This document shows positions 25,337 through 38,036 of a stretch of 64,000 nt of DNA, in pieces (position 1 is the first letter of the stretch; every line of letters begins with the position of its first letter). Under the pieces are notes generated by a model. That model was not told the DNA's origin. It ran no database searches and was given only the letters and a program-made list of their open reading frames with translations. The DNA is from Phoronis australis (taxonomy: Eukaryota; Animalia; Phoronida), in the NCBI GenBank assembly GCA_002633005.1, contig NMRA01000015.1:959598-1023597 (forward strand), written 5' to 3'. The position numbers were made by a program, and so were the translations under genes.

Positions 25337-28300
25337 CTAGTTGGCCAGCAGCGCCGTTGTAACTTGTGTGTTGACGCCGCATTTACCGTCACCGCGTTTT
25401 ATCCAAAAGTAACCGTGTAGTCCCCACTTTGAGCCCCACGAGTTTTTCACCAGCCAGTAAGGAGTCTTTCCAAATATTCCTTTGTGATTTCCAAAACCAA
25501 CCAGAAGTACAGCTGTAAAATGCATCAAATATATAAATGACATGTTAGGGTATCATGGGAAATATCTGAGTCTCGTATGAAACGTGTCGGAATAACATTC
25601 TTTAGGACCTCTTTTACGAGATAGTTTTAAAAATAATAAAAAGTAATTCAGTTGTAAAATTAATCGCATGACTCCTCCAAGTTGGTGAGAACGGGCGGTC
25701 AAGACGCAAAGGTTCTTGGTCTCGCCGGGACTACTCGTCGACAAGTCCGCGACGTGAAGTCTGGTTCTTGATTTGTGAAAGGGTTTAAATATTGTAGGCC
25801 TATTTGGCTAACTAAGACGCCGCTTCTTACCATGATTCAGTGTCTTCTTTGAACACAGCAATGGGTTGTAAACTCCGGAATGGTAGAACTGTAGTCCAGA
25901 GGCGTCAAGGGCGATAGATAGCGGCCCAACGGTCATCAGTTGGCTAGCTATTTCCGTTTCATTCTAGAACAATTGCAATAATTTGTACCGGCCAGCAATA
26001 CGTAACGTTGTGCGGATTAATCCTGTGATAGTCGTTATAAGCTATTATCGTCGTTCACGTTATTTCAGCTTTACTGAGAATTGACGAAATACCTCTCTAT
26101 ACCTTCAGGCAAGAATAGAAGCGCCTGAGTTTAAGGTAAAAGATTCTTCGTGAAGACCAGAACCTTCGTGAAACAAGTCCCGTGCCATGTACACTGATGC
26201 GAGCTATGCTGCTGGTCTGGCATCGGGACATTACTATTGGTAATGGTGACTTAATAGAAGGTGGCATTAGCTGGTGACGGTGACTACGGATATGGAAAGC
26301 TTGGGTATAACTGGTCGACTACAGTGATCGAAGACAAGTTTGCTCTTTACAGCGGTATTTGTCATTCGCGCTTTCCTTCAATTGATTAGATAGGCCTATA
26401 CTTACATTATCAAACGCCTTCCAACCGACGACTTTCAATCCTTGTACAAATTTTGACCTATCTAACTTGGCGGCACAACTCTGTGTCATGTTGCAATAAG
26501 GCACGGACGGTCCACATAGTGTTTGGTTGTACCCAGCCGCAGGACACACAAAACACGTATTTTTACTCGTACCACAGCAATATTTGTAATCGTCTTCGCT
26601 TTCTAGACCTCCCTTGCAAAATAAAAGCGGTTGCCATGAGTTAAACATTAAGAATATACGTCGAGGTAATCAAGTCGTTTATCTCAACCTTTTTAGTGCC
26701 CTCTAATGCTATTAAGCACGTCATCGTCGTCTTAAGGAAACTGTTGTCTTAGTGCTGCTATTTTCTAAATTACGGTACGTCACTGGATACACATATTCCT
26801 TCCATCATGGTGTCCTGGGTGTCACAAGAGCGGTGTTAAACCCCTACTTTCAGTAAAATAATTTCGATTGTGGTCACTTGCAGTTATTAAATTTTTCTTA
26901 TCTTGTTCAAGTTCCTTGCTCAATTTTGTGTCTCTAAGCTAGGGCAACGGGTCGTTATTTCTTCACACCATAAAATTTCCGGTCACTGACGGCGTGAAAT
27001 GTTGTGTTTGGTCGAAATGACGATCTGCCGCTTCTTTCAAAGCTCTGAAACCACCTATAATGTGATTAAAGAATCTTAAAACGATTTAAAGTCGGTAAAC
27101 TGCAGTCTAAATCACAAGTTGGTTTCTGTGATGGAAAGCAAGCTTATTGCCGCTGAGCCATATTTGTAGTCTGTACACGATGGAACAAACTTATGTTCAG
27201 TGAAACTTTTTTCAAAAGAAAAACAATGTGTGCGTGTGCGTGTGTGTGTGTTTAACATATAACTTTTTTGTCAGAAGTAAGTAAAAGTGTATTTTCCCAT
27301 CTCTTAATGTACAAATGTTTAAACTGCTACTCATCATTCGTCTAAAATTTTCTCATTGAAACGATTGCAGAAACGAAACGTGTACTTAGATTTCTACTCC
27401 ACGTAAACGTCTTCCGTCCTTACCTCCCTTTGTACATATTGATAAGCTAGATAGGGCCAGCCGCCGAAGACACCGCAATCTGCATTACCTCTGGAAAATG
27501 ACATGTGCACCATTAAATTGGTATTATCAAAATGAAAAGTGGATAGCAAATAGACAGCACAAATGTTTTTGTTTTAAAGGAGAACGCCACCCGATTTAAT
27601 TATTCTTTTTGCCGTCTTAATCGGTCTATATCCACATCGCCTCGCATACGGTCGACCTTACCTTGCCAAGAGGTGTCGCGTTAACCTGTGAGGAAGGTGA
27701 GAAACGACGCTAGCGACGTCAGTGGTTCATATGCAGAGTGAATGCCGCTATGTTGCGGTGCATCGTTCCCGCTTGTCCGAACTAAGCAGCTGCGAGGAAA
27801 GCGGGTATATCGTTTTTCTTTTTACTTCCTCGAAAGTCCGAAATGCTTATGAAGTTACTCATTAGTGAAGAATGAAATGTACGCTGTAAATAGCAAGTAT
27901 GAGGCCGTAAAACATCTCCGTGTCTGTGGCCTGCAGACGTCGACAGTGCCTGACGAATGCCGGTTTATCAAATAACTCCATACGTTCCGTTGTCTGAGCT
28001 TGTTCACTGCGCCTCTCTAGTATTTCTTCATCACGGTATTCCTGTTCGAATTGATAGCCTGTAAAACTTAACGATCCTCCTGCGAAGTCGGGACTGATGA
28101 GCTCTAGCTCGTCCTAAGTCGGGATTGCGAATTGCCGTGTTGACGTTTATTACTGAGCGTTCTGTTTCAAAATGAATTATTCTCACCCTAACCAATACTT
28201 ATATAAAACTGAAACAAAGTCTGTTTCATTAGATGCAATTTGTAATGCCTTTGGAGTGTTCGTGAGTGCAAATGATTTGAGAAGCCAGCAATGAATAAAT

Positions 28301-31300
28301 CACTGCGCTACCGGCTTTAGGTGCAATAAAACTAGTGACGGGATAGTGAGGCCGTTTGCTGGCAGAAACTGTTGTGAAACAACTCGATTTCCATCCCACG
28401 GCCAGTTGTTAGGGGAATCTTTATTTCCTTTTACATAACTCAAATAATGATTGTCAATGTACAACTTCTGCCCTGGCGGTGCTGTGGCCAAAGCGGAAAC
28501 TGAATTCGCTGCCCCCGACGTAGATTTGCAGTTTCGTGGCTAATTCACCAATATAATCAGGTGCACATTACTTTGGCTCACTAGTACAGTATTTTTTGAT
28601 TTGAAGTTTAGTTTCCACTGAACTTTGGCTGGTTTATAATCGTGATGTCTGATCAGTTTCCGAGCCACTGGCCGGGATAACGAGTCAATCCGGGCTGGCC
28701 GGCCGGGACGGGCCTGATCGGGCTCCGAGCCAGTGGCCAGGATAACAAGCGTTTTGTGTTTAGAAATCAAAAAATCACAAGTCTAAACAACACAGATCTA
28801 GGTTCTCCTGTCTGTATCTCACGGAAAATACTTCGAAATTATCTCCGAACAGACCCCAAACTCCTGCTATGGACCTTATTGGCCTGCCGAATTTTGTAGG
28901 CTGCGGTGTGTCCAAATACCAATAAATCCATAAGAACGAAATAAAACAACACGTTTTTATAAGAACTCGGTGTATTTTTAAGGGTTTTACATCGAAGTTT
29001 GATGATTTATTGGTGTTAAACGATGACTTCAAGCGATAAGCTGACACCAGTAACCAGTGTTGTGAACTGCGAGTGAAACCGATGACGTCATTGGATAATT
29101 TCAACACCTCCGTCTGCCGTCAGGTGTCAGGTAACGCAACCGTACGTGTCGTTATCGAGTAGAACTACTCGATCTAAATTGATACAAATTACGTTGTTTT
29201 TTGGGTGGCATGCTCCTTTAAGTATTCATGAATTGTATTGTTGAGCGGAAACTCTTCTTTATCACCGTTCGGCGAAAGTGACTGTTTATTTCAGAGCACG
29301 TCTCCCCTGTTGAAATGAATAATGTCTGCGTTGGCCTAACACTATTCTCCTCTTTTCACATTTCTAAGCTTGACTTCTTTTAACTCACAGTTTCACATCC
29401 TTATTGCCGTCACAATCCACCACTTGCTCTACTGACAGGTTAGTCAGAGGTTTGCCCTGCATCGCCCATTGACCTTCAATGTTACCGATTGTGCTGTAAG
29501 ATAAAACAAAACCCATTTAATTTTGTAAGGTAAATGAGTAGATGTCATCATATCAGCGTCGTTGTCGTGCGCAGCACTCCATTTGGTTGAAAGACGCTGC
29601 CTGGGGACTTCAGATATGCAAAGAAGATGTATTATAATCTCATCTTCATAAAATTAAGAATCATTCGCTTATATGTATACCAGTGTTGGGAGATGGCCAC
29701 GTACGGTTACGTTATCGAATGATTTTTTGAGGTTCACAACGCCTTACGCCCACATCTATCCAAGGAATCCGAAAATCAAAAACGCAATTTTTTGAAAGCA
29801 TCCTCCAAAGTCCTTTCCTTAGCAACATTTCCATAGAACTCGTCTGGGCGGGTGAAAACGTAACTTATCGAAAACGGTCGTATTAGCGTCACGGTTACTC
29901 GCATGGACCGGAAAACGTTTTAAGAATGCAACGAAAGAGTGTTTTCGGCTATGTTACCGTATTCGGGAAGACGGAAAGTACGGTACGAAAAGTATACGTG
30001 TCGATGAAAAACTGCTTGAAAACGAAGAATAAATTTCCCCAAGTAAGAACACAACCGTGTGAAAAGGGTCTTAATTCCAGGCATTTTAAGAGTCTGTCAG
30101 TTTACCTGAACGCCCAACACGTTCCCGTTGAACCTGAAACAAATCAAAAAGGAGTTTAATAAAAAACAATTGTCATTTATAAACCCCAGGTAGACTCAGT
30201 AATGAAAAAATCCGACGCTCACATAACCAGGGTGATTGCATATTTGTATGCATGCATGCATGTATGCGTGCGCTTGAGTGTGCGCGTGCCCGCGCGGGTG
30301 CTGTGCACGTGCCTCAGTTCAGCTTTACTGAGCTCTGTAGTGTCAAAATGAAAGTCACAAAATCTTCATCGACTGTTATGCGCTGTCAGGGGGTATCTGT
30401 TTATTTTTTAGATGATGTTGTCTATAATTATAATAAGATAGATATAAATTATGTATGTCCATGGTTCTCTCTAACTGCTCAGTTCATGCAACTTGCATAC
30501 AATTCCTCAAATAAAATGATGTGCAGGGCAATGACCCAGACATATTTAATAATTATTTTAAACAATTAAAATTTTTGAAACGTGCAAACAATTTTGTAAA
30601 GGCACTAATAACTAAATGAACAGTTTTGGTGCTTTTTTTGAATGCTAAGTGACCTTGTTGTGTTCTGAACAATTTGCATTTTCATAACACAGAAAGTAAG
30701 AAAGATAGTAAAAAACTGTTTTGTCGAATGAAATATGTCATGGGAAAGACGGTTTAGTTTGTAATATTTGTCCTTTTTGTGGAAAATGACTCGGTTGTTC
30801 TTCCTTGAATTTCTTCGTTTTTACTGACACTTAGTTCTGCTAGGTTCTGTATGTAAAGAGAGGCTGACCGGATATTGTTTCAACGTAAATGTGTTGTAAT
30901 GTTGCGATTGACAATTTTAGTAAATGACACCAATTTGTGATTACGTCTGGGTTATTTTTATAATAGAACAAACCTTGATCTTTCACTGTAGTAACCTTTT
31001 GTTTATTACGCCAATCGAAACTTTCTGGGAGAGATGACATCTGTGATTTTGGCGCGTACCTTGGAAGACGGTAGAAAAGACGTAAAAACGCGCGTTACGA
31101 CAAAGGAGCGAACTTTTGATTAAGACACTTGAGGCTATAAAGTTAGTCTAGACCTTCACCTTAACCAAATGAGAAGTAAGTTTGCAAAGAACTGACAATT
31201 CGTTATTTGTTAAGACCATACACGGCTCATAAGGCACGCTGTGACAAGTCAACTTGTGGGTCTTGCTCTTAGTACGTAATAACGAAACATCTTCAAAAGC

Positions 31301-34300
31301 TTAACAATTGAACTATGACCAAAACATTGCGAATATTGCTGAATGTAACAAAATTAATGTTGATAGCAATATCCAACTGCCCCATACGTTTTATGCAAGT
31401 TTTACACTGCAAGCAGTTGAAATGACACAACTGTGTGACATGAACGACATTTGACCAAGCAGAAATATAGGAGCGTTGCAGAAAACCCGTTACAATCCCT
31501 TATACATCTATGTATAGTCAGGAGACGTACCGGTGTTTAGGAAACTTTGGGGCGGCTCTATTTGTCATGAGGATTGTATTACGGAATTCATCGTCAGTCA
31601 AGTCAGCGAACTGGTTCGCCGCAAACACAGTCTCTCCCCTGCAAATGGTTTTAAAAAAGTCGAACTTTTTGACACCGTTTTTACAAACAATTATGTAAAT
31701 TATCCACAATTTTCAAAGCTATCAGCAAATTGAATGACTCATGACCTGGATCTGATTACAGTTTCACGAATCGTTATAAAATACCCAGACAGTCGGACAC
31801 TTGCACTGTGGTTGTCATGACGACAAAGTAATAATGTTTATCACGTGGCATTTGGCGAACGTAAACAATGTTTCACAACAATACGTATTTCACTCTATAT
31901 CCTATGTTTAATTAAAGATAACAATGATATCGATCATAGTTCATAGTTCATAGTTCATAGTTCATAGTCAAATGTACTGTACCTGTATTGTTCGTTCAAC
32001 TTGGCGATCTTATTTAAGTTTTTATGAAAAATCTTAAACCTCCTAGCTACGTGAGCTGTGCTTTTGTATTCCTTGCCATGTTCTACAATCCACGATCTGG
32101 AAAATAATCAGCTGAACACCATAGTATTTAATGAGTGTATCCATGGTAACGATGTTAATACCAATCTGGACATTGACAATTATAATAATAACAATTGTTT
32201 ACCTCTGATTAAATCTTACGATTATCATTATGTTAAGGGTATTGTTATTCATATCATTACTGTTATTTATAGTTGTTTATCAAACTGACCTGAATAACAC
32301 GCCTGCCTTTTCTTCGGACACCAAGTCCTTTGTTTTCAATTCCGCTGTTATCGAAGGGGTACTGTAAGGAAGATTGTGATTTTGGAAACATTGATTGCAA
32401 TGCATACTTTGATATTGGAATAGGACCGTCCCGGATCTCGTTGTATTTACCCACAATTCTAGGTTGCATTACTCTATTTGTCATCCTTCCAATGCCAACG
32501 AAGTGTTACTGCTGTGAGACAGGAGAAAGTTTCGTAAATTGGGTAAATACCCGTGGAGGCGTGATCTGAAATTCTTTGCCTTCCCGACATCAATGGGAGA
32601 CTCGAAAATGTGCCTGATTTTCAAAACGAGGTCACGCGCCTTCTAATCTCCGGACAAAGGAGAGTTCTATCGCCGTACTTGTAATCCGGGACGGTCCTGT
32701 TACCACTAACAGGTACTACAGTTTGCAACAAGTTATACTTGTCTATTGTCGATCATAAGTAACACACCTCTACAGACAACTCCATACGGCTACTGGTCTG
32801 ATTACGCAGGACCTTATCAACAAGTTTACATTGATCCAAATATCTACAAAACTCTAAAATTTAATTCAGCAAAGGCACATATTTTCTGAAAGAAGAAATT
32901 AGACGGACAATGTGACTGTTGAGTTTAAACCAATTTACCATCATTTAGTTCACGTAACATTGCTTTCTAGGAAAATTTAGCAAAAAAGAAAGGTAAATTC
33001 ATAGAAAAACGACAGGACCAATAACTGACCAAATTTCATATGACATAAATGTTCAATATAACATCTCAAAAACGATGTTACAGTTTTCTAAATTATCGTT
33101 TCGTTTTCAGTTCATGCAAAATTTTTCATAAAAAGTCAAGTAAGTCCTACTTTTGATAACCCTTCATGCAAAAGCGGAACATTCCAAAAACAATTCCTAT
33201 CAGTGTTTTGAAGAACAGTGTATAGAGCATATCTGAAAGTTTCTTTTGAATCCGATCAGCCATGATTTAGACAGGATGTTCCAATGGTGGCCAAAATTAG
33301 ACGTTGCACCAGGTCATTACATAACCTTAAAGTGCTTTTAAACCACCAGTACCATATTAAAAACACCAAACAACAATCCTCCAGTTGATCAGCTGTCAAA
33401 TGAAAACACCAGCAGACAGTAGCTGACGACATATTCAGTTACTTACCTGATCTTGAGCAGTTATTGGTCAATATATACTACGCACAAACGGGAGAACCAA
33501 TCACATCATTAGTCACGTGTTTATTGTAAAAAGTCACCAGATACTGTTTCTTGTTTCTCCATTGTTTATGGTGAAGTTGCGTTTGTGGTGGTTGTGACAA
33601 CTCAGTATTTGACGACGCTGCGGCTTTTTTTTCGTTTTCCCGCGGGACATCAGTGAAGTACAGATATACCACAATTTTGTTTAAGAAACTCGAGTGCTGG
33701 TGGACATGACACACTCGCGCTGGGTACGTTCATACGTCACACTCATGACCGTGGAGTTAAGAAACTTCCACATAGTCGCTTTTCCTCAGTTTTCTGGTTT
33801 TTGGGATATTGAATTCATTGTTGTGATGTGCAGTGCCATAAAGGAAGGTTTGTTGGTACTGGCAATGTAGTCACTTATCGAAACAAGGTAGAAGGTCATT
33901 TTATAAACAGTTTAAAGGAGAAGGCAACCTTTTTTCATGTCATTTTTAGCAAAAATAAGGTTTGTTGATTATCACAGACATATTTCCAGTTAATTACAGC
34001 TTTTTGTAATTTAAACAATTACTTGTCTGCTACTCCGGAAGTGACGTTTTGGGAGGCAACAATTTCGCTCCAATTTCTCTTCACATAGACCGACTTTGAG
34101 AGCTGCCGAGTCAGTCATCGCTCTACCTCGGTAGTGATAAGTTCGGTCGTCAGTTTACGAGTCAGCCAACATGCCACACTGTTCATTGGACGACGAACTG
34201 TCCTCTGGGCCTGTATTCACTCCCTTGGCACTACTCAACATCGCAGCAGTGCTGCTTACAGGCTCTTGGCGATAATTAGTACATCCCGGTACGCAGCAAC

Positions 34301-34736
34301 AGTGTGGCATGTTGACTGACTCGTAAACAAAAGCAAACGACGACCGAACTTATCACAACCGAGGTAGAACAATGACTGACTCGAAAGCTCTCACAGTCGG
34401 GCTATATGAAAAGAAATTGGCGCGAAATTCTTGCCTCCCAAAACATCACTTCCGGAATAGCTTAGAGGACGGATTATTAATTGAATTGCGAAAAATATGC
34501 CTAGGATAATCAATGAATCTTACTTTTGCAAAAAATGACATGAAAAAGGTTGCCTTCCCCTTTAATAGCTATGTGTGTCGGTCCATTTTTACATAACTGA
34601 TTCATCTTAACTGAAATAAAACCTGGCCTAGATTATTCGCCTGACCTTGAACTTTCGACCACACTGCTACAGCTGTTTCAACTCACCTGACAAAGACGAT
34701 CAGAAATGCATATAAAATCGGCATTATTCGAGTCAT
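25337..34736 (-). CDS. Papain-family (C1A) cysteine protease with signal peptide and I29 propeptide (cathepsin L/F-like, atypical), about 381 aa, 11 coding exons
   Basis: Exons (minus): 34736-34687, 32361-32290, 32096-31983, 31638-31531, 31059-30974, 30133-30106, 29493-29389, 27490-27424, 26612-26406, 25963-25831, 25512-25337 (sum 1146 nt, phases consistent). Signal peptide [17 protein letters not shown]; ERFNIN-like [16 protein letters not shown]; [11 protein letters not shown]; mature LPESFDWR; oxyanion Q and catalytic C in [14 protein letters not shown]; catalytic H in [11 protein letters not shown]; catalytic N in YWLVKNSWG. Confidence 0.93.
27578..29217. mobile_element. Kolobok/T2-like non-autonomous DNA transposon, about 1.64 kb
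   Basis: TTAA|AGGAGAACGCCACCC ... GGGTGGCATGCTCCT|TTAA: 15-bp TIR (13/15 match), TTAA at both ends, CpG-richer interior, no transposase ORF. Lies in the protease intron between exons 7 and 8. Confidence 0.8.
31934..31968. repeat. (TCATAGT)5 heptamer repeat
   Basis: Direct read, adjacent to the protease exon-3 donor. Confidence 0.85.
32980..33270. repeat. Dispersed repeat, copy 1
   Basis: AAAAAAGAAAGGTAAATTCATAGAAAA...CAAATTTCATATGACATAAATGTTCAA...CTTCATGCAAA...GAACAGTGTATAGAGCA is similar to 61866-62100. Confidence 0.65.
33916..34561. mobile_element. Kolobok/T2-like fold-back MITE with inverted arms of about 270 bp
   Basis: TTAA|AGGAGAAGGCAACCTTTTTTCATGTCATTTTT ... AAAAAATGACATGAAAAAGGTTGCCTTCCCCT|TTAA. 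Arms remain complementary inward to CCAACATGCCACACTGTT / AACAGTGTGGCATGTTG. Confidence 0.9.
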
Positions 34737-37700
34737 GATTTCAGTTCACTGTCAAAGTTGTCTGGTGGCCTGTAAGATTTATGTGGGTACCGGAATGTCA
34801 CAGTCCGTGAAGTTTGCCCGATTAGTACTTTATGTAAACAGTAGACTTGATATGGCTATCTTCTAATGAATCTCCACCAATTGGACTATGATTTTATTCG
34901 TAAGTAGTAGAACGGTGTTGATATTTTTAGAACAGGAAAAATTAAAAAAGTAGTTTAACAATAAAAGGATGGATGGCAATTCTCTTCATATTTCACGATT
35001 TTGGTTGAAACACACAATAGTACGCTTTATGGATTAACCTATAATTATACACAACAGTGGTAATCGTGAACAAGATCTTCTCAAATATCGTGAGGTTGCA
35101 TTTAAAGAGTGTGTTCTTTTGATGTCAATTGTTTTTCAGTTTTCATTGTTTTTTTTAGCCCATTCGTCTGAGAGACTGAGGCAATATCCGGGCATACGTG
35201 CATGCAACAATGTGAAATACTTGGGTAAAAGCCAGGGAGCAAAATTTCAAAATATTATGAGAATGAAATTTAATGGTTTCAGAATGGTTGATGTTACAAT
35301 TTAACAATAATTATTTAAAAGAAAATATGTAATTGGACAATTAAAGGGCGCTAAAAAGTCTCATATCACAAAAAGTCACACATATATATACACACGTGGG
35401 CGCGCTCGCGTGCGCGAGGTCATCCACAGCGTGGAAGAATGGAACCCAAAGTTACCGAGTTGCAGCCAAATGCTCTGCTTCGGGCTGAGCAATCTTATAA
35501 GGACGAATTCATAACCAACATTTGCTGCACAAAATTCACAGAATTACTGATAAACTTTATCTGGGTGGACATTGGAGTGCGTTGTACAAGGGGTGAAAAT
35601 GCCAGGGCAAGAGATCAACTTCGAGCATGTAACTTAGCGTTACGTGCGCAAGTTTTTACGTGAATTTCGTAGGTCGAAGGGCAAGTGAAAATAAATGACT
35701 GGGTATGTTCAGATTTCTTACAAGCTTCTAATGGTGAATATAACGAATTTCGTTGTGGATGGGGATCGGTCATTGAGTCAAGTCGACATATTAATCTGAT
35801 ACGTAAGTATGACAGCCTATATTGACATTCAGTTACCCTCATGACTTTTAGTTAAGCCGGGAGTTTAAGGACAATTTATTGGCGACGAAGAAAAGGGGTT
35901 GTATTTTAGAAACTTTACTTAATTTTCAGTCAATAATTTATGCATTGCCAGTGTGTTCAAAGATAACACAGTTTTTGTTGGAGGAGTACTCATGACAGGT
36001 CCTGTTTTATGAAAGCTAGGTTGTACACCCGATCGTAGCTAAGGTCATCTTAGGGCTAGTTATAGTAAACGCAAAACCGCGTATACGCTGCAATTGACGT
36101 AAACGTGGTCGTACCCCAGAACAACACACAACACATCTGTTAAGATAGAACAGAATTAGATATGCAATCAGTTTACCAGTGGACGTAGTGTCTGAAATAG
36201 GAGTGCACTCAACCGTTTTTGCAATAAGTTTCTAACTAAAAGTTTAGTTTGCAATTTAAAACTAACAGGTTCGCGACAAACATGAAACAAATGATTGTCG
36301 ATTAAATCTGAAAACTTGTTGCCATTTTTGAAAGCGTTTTCTGTATAATTTGCCATATTTTAATTATTCTTAAAGAAATTTTGAGCTTTCAGAGTTAATT
36401 TTTGTAAAAAAGAAATTCATGTGAATGACAGTTGTGTCATACTCTGCAAACCGCTTTTGTATAAGTCTTATTACCTGTTATACAGCGGGTGTGGGAATTT
36501 TATAAAAATCGGCGAGCGTCTCGACCATGACATAGATCAAAAACAGCGTTCTCGGACACGCTGACATTTTCACAGCTTGCTCTTAGCCTCACAGTCTTAG
36601 TTAGAAGAACTATCTTTTTACTGAATTCGTTTGTGTAGAAAAAGCCCGAAATCCTGTTTGTAGTAAGTAAAATATGCCAAATTGACCGAAATCGTCATCA
36701 GAAAGATAAAGTTGCTCTTTGGGCAGTAGAATGGTATTAAAGAATTTACATCCAGAAGTTAACAATTAGTTGCTTGTTGTCGGTTATGTTAGTTCAAGGT
36801 AAAGCAAATCTGGGCTGCGGCCCGTTGGCTAAATTTCTTGCGAGGAAAGCGAGATCACACATGTCTGCACTAAATGCATGTAAAAAAAAGTTCCAACCAG
36901 AGCCCGTGATCCCACTATATTTTCGGCAGAATGTCCCAGGTATACCAAACTTGACGCCCGACGTTTTGTTATCTTTCTTTAGCCAAGCAGCGATTCTTTG
37001 CAACACTTTTATAAACTTAGGCTAATCCTATGTCTTTTTTGAATTAACGTGTGTGATATCTCGGGCGACGTCTGCAAGCAAAAATTTAACCTCTTCCAGA
37101 ATACACGTAGGTCTGCCACTTGGTCTACCTGCAGTACAGCAACTGAGGCTATATATAGAGCAAAAAGGGTGTCATTTTTGCATGTCACCATGTAAACATT
37201 TTCCAAGTAACCATTCGTTGGAGATCGCAAGAGATTCATACTTGTTTTGACTGTCTGAAGGCCCTGCATGCTAGTAGCGTAGTCCGACTGTGCACATATA
37301 TACCTGCACATAGGCCTATAGACCATTCTTCCTTTCAATACTATTCAGTATACCTACTGCACCGGTTTACAGAATAGCTGACAAAGATTAGTGTTTTTTC
37401 ATCCAGTATATGTTTTATTGTAGTGATACGTGATGAAATTGTCCTTCTCACATTGCTGAGTCATTGCCTTGTCCAACCGGCGAGCTCTTAGTGGTTACGT
37501 TTGAGTTAGAGTTTTGCTTCACGAGTTTGCATTGTTATTCAGTATAGCTGAGAGAAAGCTTCGCTGTAGCGCGTTTCTTTTCAGAGAGGGAAAACTCGAG
37601 CGGTAAACGACCGTTTACTTCTACTTCTACACGGCGCTTCTTCGTGGTTACACCGAATGTCTAAACAAAAATAGCCATTTTGAGTCAGACGAATGAAATC

Positions 37701-38036
37701 AGAAAACGACGGTAGTCAATTGTGATAAAACTTTAAACACTCTAATGTGCCAGACGGGGTCGGCAAAACATTACAGTACTAAATTATCGTTGAAATAGCC
37801 TAGAATGTAATTAACAAACGACCTCTTCTAAGCCACGAAACATGACAAAAGTCAAATCTATTTTAGACCGAACAGTCAACGCCAAGCCGTCAGCAGGTCG
37901 TCTAATAGGTATATTTTTTCTGTTTATAGCACGCTGGAACGGAGACAAGACAGTACGTAAGAAAGTGGATATTTATTGACTCAGTTTAGAATGAGCCTGT
38001 ACTAACTCTAGTCGGGACACTAGTGGCAGGAAAAAC

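Noticed and set aside
33447-33477. Apparent small minus-strand exon with AG/GTAAGT inside protease intron 1
   Set aside because: It gives an immediate TGA in the required phase; exon 32361-32290 fits the frame and the propeptide instead.
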